A stretch of DNA of 52,563 nucleotides, filler included, from Catajapyx aquilonaris (Eukaryota), in assembly GCA_000934665.2 (NCBI GenBank). It is 2 parts of 2 records of this genome, joined end to end, with 100 filler letters (N's around TTAATTAATTAA, not from the genome) between each part and the next. Parts side by side here need not be neighbours in the genome. Positions count along the whole stretch, not along the records: positions 26,343 to 52,563 come from JYFJ02005235.1; 1 more part is not named here. One strand, 5' to 3'. Under the pieces are notes generated by a model that was given only the letters and a program-made list of their open reading frames with translations, did no database searches and was not told the origin of the DNA. Positions within the stretch are counted from its first letter, which is position 1, and each line of letters opens with the position of its first letter. Positions 47,601 through 52,563 of this stretch are shown piece by piece. A program made the position numbers and the translations under genes.

Positions 47601-48539
47601 GGATGGGGACAAGCAGCAGTCGTACCACTATCACTTTGATGTGAGTACTTTGCATCATAAATTACAGTCACTTACAGTTAGGCCGCGTTTACATATGAGC
47701 AATTTGATCAGTGATACCGGAAAGTAACAATGTAAACGTGGCCTGCAGCAGTGCTGATCCGTAAAATTGCGTAAAGTGGTCAATCATTCATTTAAAAATC
47801 ATGTGCTAATTACTGCTTGTTTCACCCTAGTCGTACCGTTACTACCCGTCAAACCTCGAGGTGATTGAGTGGCTGGGATCCTACTTCGTGGAGATGCAAG
47901 TGGCCGAGAAGGCCATTGCTTACTTTGAGCGTGCAGCACTCATGCAACCGGATGATCCTCGTTGGCCTTTGACTGTCGCCAGCTGTCACAGACGAAGTGG
48001 AAGCTACCACCGTGCACTTGAAACGTACAGGTGAGCACATATGACGTACACTTGGGCATACAAATGATTCATATAAATGCAATTTGTGTCACAGGCGAGT
48101 GCATCGGAGGTTCCCCGAGAATTTGGAGTGCCTTCGATTCCTAATCCGCATCTGCAACGATATGGGCCTGAAAGAAGCGGCGGACTACGCAAACGAGTTG
48201 AAGCAAGCGGAAAAGGCAAAGGCGGCCAGAGAAAGGGCTGCCAGCTCCAGGCCTGGGTCACGTCGAGTAGGGTCAAGGTCAGGGTCGGCAGCCAGCGTGG
48301 CCAACAGCGCAGGATTGGTGAGAAGCACGCCAGGTTCGGCCCTGAGCTTGGGACGCGAGACCAGCCTGAGTCTAGACGACGACGAAGATTTCCTGGCGGC
48401 TAAGACGAAGGAAGTGGACGCCAGTTACAGCGACCCAATCGGGCCACTGGTGGAGAGGCCCAAGACCAGCATGGGTCGGGGGGTCAAGCCGGAAGAGGAG
48501 TTTGCTGAGGGAGAGGGACAGGATTTGCTGCCCGAGTAA
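44632..48539 (+). CDS. IFT88: Intraflagellar transport protein 88 (polaris/OSM-5/NompB), about 862 aa. Exons 44632-44826, 45650-45700, 45757-46368, 46425-46625, 46694-47134, 47197-47640, 47831-48030, 48095-48539
   Basis: Phase-consistent, 2589 nt. Motifs EDDLYSGYNEY, FQQAIKTSHGRRP, RPITAVRGAGY, TPRs with AIKLYRMALDQVP, FPENLECLRFLIRIC, DASYSDPIGPLVERPKTS and C-terminal LLPE. An in-frame ATG at 44623 is an alternative start. Confidence 0.97.
44836..45595 (+). repeat. Compound minisatellite in the first IFT88 coding intron: (ACAA/ACAG)n spacers with ~60-bp X-box units and degenerate copies of the exon end
   Basis: GTAGCCATGGTAAC at 44905, 44973, 45093, 45157, 45211 and 45363, and GTATCCATGGTAAC at 45033. 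About six AGCCATGGAAGGAG...ACGGTA-like copies lie between 45234 and 45560. Confidence 0.95.
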
Positions 48540-49089
48540 CTTACGAAGAGTACAATTATTTCCGTCCATTATTATAAGCACCTGCATTTGCCTTATTGCG
48601 CACCCTGTGATAATGTATGTTTTAAAATAAAGGATCTGTTGAATCGTTGCGATTTGAACTATCCTTCACATGCATTTACCTTGGACATACTTAATGAGCA
48701 TAAACAGGTTGTTTTGAACCTTGGTTGCTCGCAGCAGATGGCAACGCAATAAAATGCCTTCCCTTTTGTTTTTCATCCTCGTCGCAACAATTGTGCAAAT
48801 ATGATTCACGGAGGACAAATGGCAGTCATAAGGATACTTGCTGAGGACAAGGGCTCAAATTGTATCGCAATCAATGCATACTGATCTGGTTGAGTGGTAG
48901 CGAACAATGATGTCCTCAGGAATGTGCAGTGTTCCCATTATCTGCTCTGCACGTTATGTTGTTATTGTATAGTGAATAGTGAGGGACAAAAGGATTTTGA
49001 GCTCATTGCAGTTGAGGGAACGGCTAGGGTAAGTTCACCCCATCGATACGGCCGAAACTGATATGTAACGACAGTTATTTTCTCACCAG

Positions 49090-50063
49090 ATGAAGTGCCT
49101 GTACGCGATTGTGTGTTTGGCCGCTCTTTTCATCGGAGTACTTGCACAGTCATCAGAAGAACCATCCGGACCATCAAGTCAGCTACAAAATGTCATGGCC
49201 AGATTGTTCGACTTAATTGAGGAAGCGGCTAAAACGATCCAGATTGTCCCTAAGGTAATTTCATTCACTTTATAAGCGCACACTCTCTAGTTAAATCTAA
49301 TATTGTTAATTTATTAAGTGGGCAGTACAGTCATAATGTAATGAACAATTGTAATGCAGGACTTTAAAAATCTACAGCCGTACTTCAAAACCATCAACAA
49401 ATCACTTGAAACCATAAGTAAGAAGGTGAGAAGCGCAGAGATTACTCCCGAATAATTTAACCTGAAGAGTAACACTATTTTTGTTTCAGGTCATGAATCG
49501 CCTGATGGAGTCTCGTGATTCAATAGCCGCTCTGGGTAAACGAATTAATGAAGGCTCAGGTGATGATATACTAAGGCTGTACCGCATGATTATAAACGCA
49601 ACACTTGAAGCCCTGAACCGGTAAGCTATCGTACAGCAGAACCTTACAGATACAATAAATCATAATGTTTTCAGAGATTCGGAGGGGGCTGAAGAAACCT
49701 TCAGACGTGCTGGAAAAATACTTCCGCCATTGATCAACAGCATCTCCAGTGATGTAAAGGATGAACTGCCGAAGATAATTGAACCGTTTCAGAACGCTAG
49801 GGACGAGTTTGCACCCATGTTGCAAGATATGCGAGAAGCATTGAAAGCCATCTCTCATAAGGTTAGTCACAACATTTGGAGATGTAACTTGCAAAAATTA
49901 ATTATGATATTATTCACAGCTGGTGATGCAGATCATAACGAGGTCCAACCCGAGTTTAAGAAGTATCGTGAGCTTTATGAAACTACACGCACATGAGATT
50001 CAACAGTTGTCTGTAGATTTGAGCACGATTCTTGGGAGTATATACGGTTCACGCTCGCAATGA
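49090..50063 (+). CDS. Secreted alpha-helical protein of unknown family (paralogue 1), about 230 aa. Exons 49090-49254, 49360-49425, 49490-49620, 49675-49861, 49920-50063
   Basis: Signal-peptide-like MKCLYAIVCLAALFIGVLA and a phase-consistent GT-AG chain of 693 nt. The mature region is Cys-free and amphipathic. An upstream UTR donor lies near 49029. Confidence 0.75.
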
Positions 50064-51824
50064 TAAGCATGTGCTACCATCTCTAAGTTGGGTGTGCAAT
50101 GTTTAATAGCTGGCAAGTACACGGCAGGTGTCACTTCTTGTCACTTTTTATTCAGCAAATGTACTGCGCAATCAGGTGCATTGTCTACATAGGAGAAGCT
50201 AATATTAGACAATAGTGCCATAGACATTATATCGAACAAACCAGTGCTCTTATCTTGACAAAGTATGTACTCTTTTAGTCTTTGTACTTAATACATAAAG
50301 GATGATCAACTGGCTCGTTGTGCATCCTTTTCCCAGTTCGTTTTCAGAAATTTTTATAGACATGCTTCTTGTAATAAAAAAGGGGCGCTAAGGAATTTCA
50401 CAAGTCTTCCACGGCTCAAAAGGTGAATGGCAATGTAAAATAATACGGTCTCTTTGGTTTCATCATTTTACAGCTGTTACACCTACGTCATAACTACAGG
50501 CCTATTGCATACTAAAGTTTGCAGGTGAGAAGTGTTTACACAGTGCATAAGTTTCAAACCCAGCGGGTGGGTGAACAGCATAAGCTCTCTTTAGGTAGGT
50601 TAATAACAGCAATCAAAGTGTATTCGCCAAAAAGAGTTGCTGGTCAACATTACTATTATCAATCGCTGCTGCCGTTTAATCTGATTTGCAGCAGTCGATA
50701 AAACAGATACGACAGGAACTTTCTTGCCATCTCTTTCGCTTCAAAATAATCCTGCCATGTCTTGTGTGTAAGTCTTTTATACAAGTAGTACTGACAGAAG
50801 ATTTTGTACAATAACTCGTACAATGTCTTGTGAAGTAATACGGGTATTATCAATCTATGGTAGGGATTAAACGTGGCAAAAAATATTGAGCATTATTGTG
50901 CTGTACTGTAGAAAGTGTGCAGCTGCAGTGTACAGGACATAATTGAACTACATCAATATGTTTACATTATTCTGGAGTTAATAACATGTCATATGCAAAT
51001 ACTGAATGCAAACGAACCGAAATCATGCAGACATACTGTACATCACACATATGGTAGCAGCATATTTATCATCTCCTTATTGCCTTCAATGATATCAATA
51101 ATAATGTATATTCAATGCATATCACACTGATAACAGGATCAGTTTTGTGCACACAATAAATATACATTTAAAAAAAGTGATGCATAAATCCAATGTGCAC
51201 ATGCATATACAATAATTGCAAAAAAATCCGGATTGTTATCCGCACAAATCCTTCAGAAATCTTCTATAAATCTTGCAAATCCAATGGACTTAATCACTGA
51301 ATATAATTCTCTAAATTCATGATCACCTAACGTACAAGTTAGAGAAGTCTCTGCTATACAGAGAGGTTATCTCTTATTATCGTGATGACAATAAAGAATA
51401 AGTAGACCTAGATCACACATTTTCAAACGGTGTCAGTCACAAAATTATCAGTGCTGATTGTACGGCCTAATTATGACGTCAAAAATTATTGAATGCGGAC
51501 ATTTTTTTTTTTTCATTCTCATATCGACATAAGGTGTCACAAGTCTTTTCAAAAAAAAATGTCCACACCCTATCTTGCTATTGCAGAAAAAAAACACCTT
51601 CCTTTTTTTATTTATCATCCTCACATATCAGAACTTAATCACACTTATTGCAACGCACGTTTTCATATCCACTTGATCCCCCTGCAGTGTCAATCACTTA
51701 TTCTTATTCTGTCATTGAGTAATCCTAGAGCCGACGAAGGAAGATAAACGACTTTTAATCCCAAGGCCAGTCTGAAAATCGTCATCAAATCAAAGGTACA
51801 TCTTGATAGTGACACTTTGGCGAG

Positions 51825-51831
51825 TATAAAG
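51825..51831 (+). promoter_or_regulatory. Candidate TATA box of secreted paralogue 2
   Basis: TATAAAG followed by a short non-coding exon (donor AAG|GTATG near 51888) and an acceptor directly before the ATG at 51957. Confidence 0.55.
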
Positions 51832-51956
51832 GGGGATAAGTCGCCATTCCTCAGCCGCTACGGTAGATACAATCCGCAGTCAGGCAAGGTATGACTCGCT
51901 GTTCTGTCCACGCAATTAGCAAAAAAAAAGTTAACAAATTAATTTTTTTTTAACAG

Positions 51957-52558
51957 ATGAAGTACCTCCTGGTTTTCTTGGCCGTTTTTGGGCTCGCCAA
52001 TGCATCCCTAACCCTGCCTCAAAGTGGTACGTACGTTACATAACTCTATGTACACAACAATTTAACAATTGTTGTCCATTTTTCAGGATTCAGGACAGCT
52101 CAGCTTATACACAGGGGAGGTAAGTTTATGGACATTTTTTTAAAAGACGATTTGGGTGTTAACTTGGTTCTTTTTTTTAACAGTTGCATTGAAGGATGGA
52201 GAACTCGCAGATATCATCAAGATCCTCTCAAACCTTCTGAAGGAGGCTGTTGAAGCTGTTGGAGCTGACATGGCCGAAATTATTAGTTGGGTGAAAACAG
52301 AATGGCAGGCACTACAGCCTTACATTCATGACCTCAACGCAGCCATTCAGGACCTTGCTAAGCAGGTAAATTTTCAAGCTCATTAAATGTTTCATCGAGA
52401 ATATATGGATGATTGCATGTTCTGCAGCTCAACACTGATCTGCGTGGCTTGGGAGAAGCGGTGGCCAAGAAGGTCCTCCAGTTCATCGCCGATCATTCCG
52501 ACACTTTCAATCAACTCCAACAGCTGGTTGAAGATGCAGCTGACAAGTTGCAGAAGGG
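51957..52558 (+). CDS. Secreted alpha-helical protein (paralogue 2), 3'-truncated by the window. Exons 51957-52026, 52087-52119, 52184-52365, 52428-52558
   Basis: Signal-peptide-like MKYLLVFLAVFGLANA and phase-consistent exons. EWQALQPYIHDLNAAIQDLAKQ| aligns with paralogue 1 DFKNLQPYFKTINKSLETISKK|. Confidence 0.78.
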
Positions 52559-52563
52559 GTTAG

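Noticed and set aside
24803..48587. Antisense ORFs overlapping EcKL, SLC22, hexokinase and IFT88 exons
   Set aside because: They are expected shadows of GC-rich coding sequence and have no independent support.

Overview
Eukaryotic genomic DNA, very probably from an arthropod (snakeskin-like and EcKL genes, tRNA-derived SINEs, many short GT-AG introns). An artificial 100-nt gap linker at 26243-26342 splits the window. The left half is repeat-rich: a decayed hAT/Buster element, nested hAT and Kolobok-like MITEs, Tc1/mariner-type MITEs, two Helitron copies and several SINEs. It also holds two minus-strand genes, a snakeskin-like 4-TM protein and an ecdysteroid-kinase-like protein. The right half is gene-dense: an SLC22/Orct-like transporter, three tandem hexokinase paralogues, IFT88 and two tandem secreted helical-protein paralogues. 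The most interesting signal is at 35.7-45.6 kb. The hexokinases run from canonical, to altered sugar pocket, to an intact-ORF pseudoenzyme lacking the catalytic Asp. That pseudoenzyme lies head-to-head with IFT88 across about 360 bp containing X-box-like motifs. The first IFT88 coding intron carries a minisatellite with seven RFX X-box motifs, apparently built from copies of the exon end. All gene models were assembled by eye from ORFs and splice signals, and all family assignments come from remembered motifs, not database searches.
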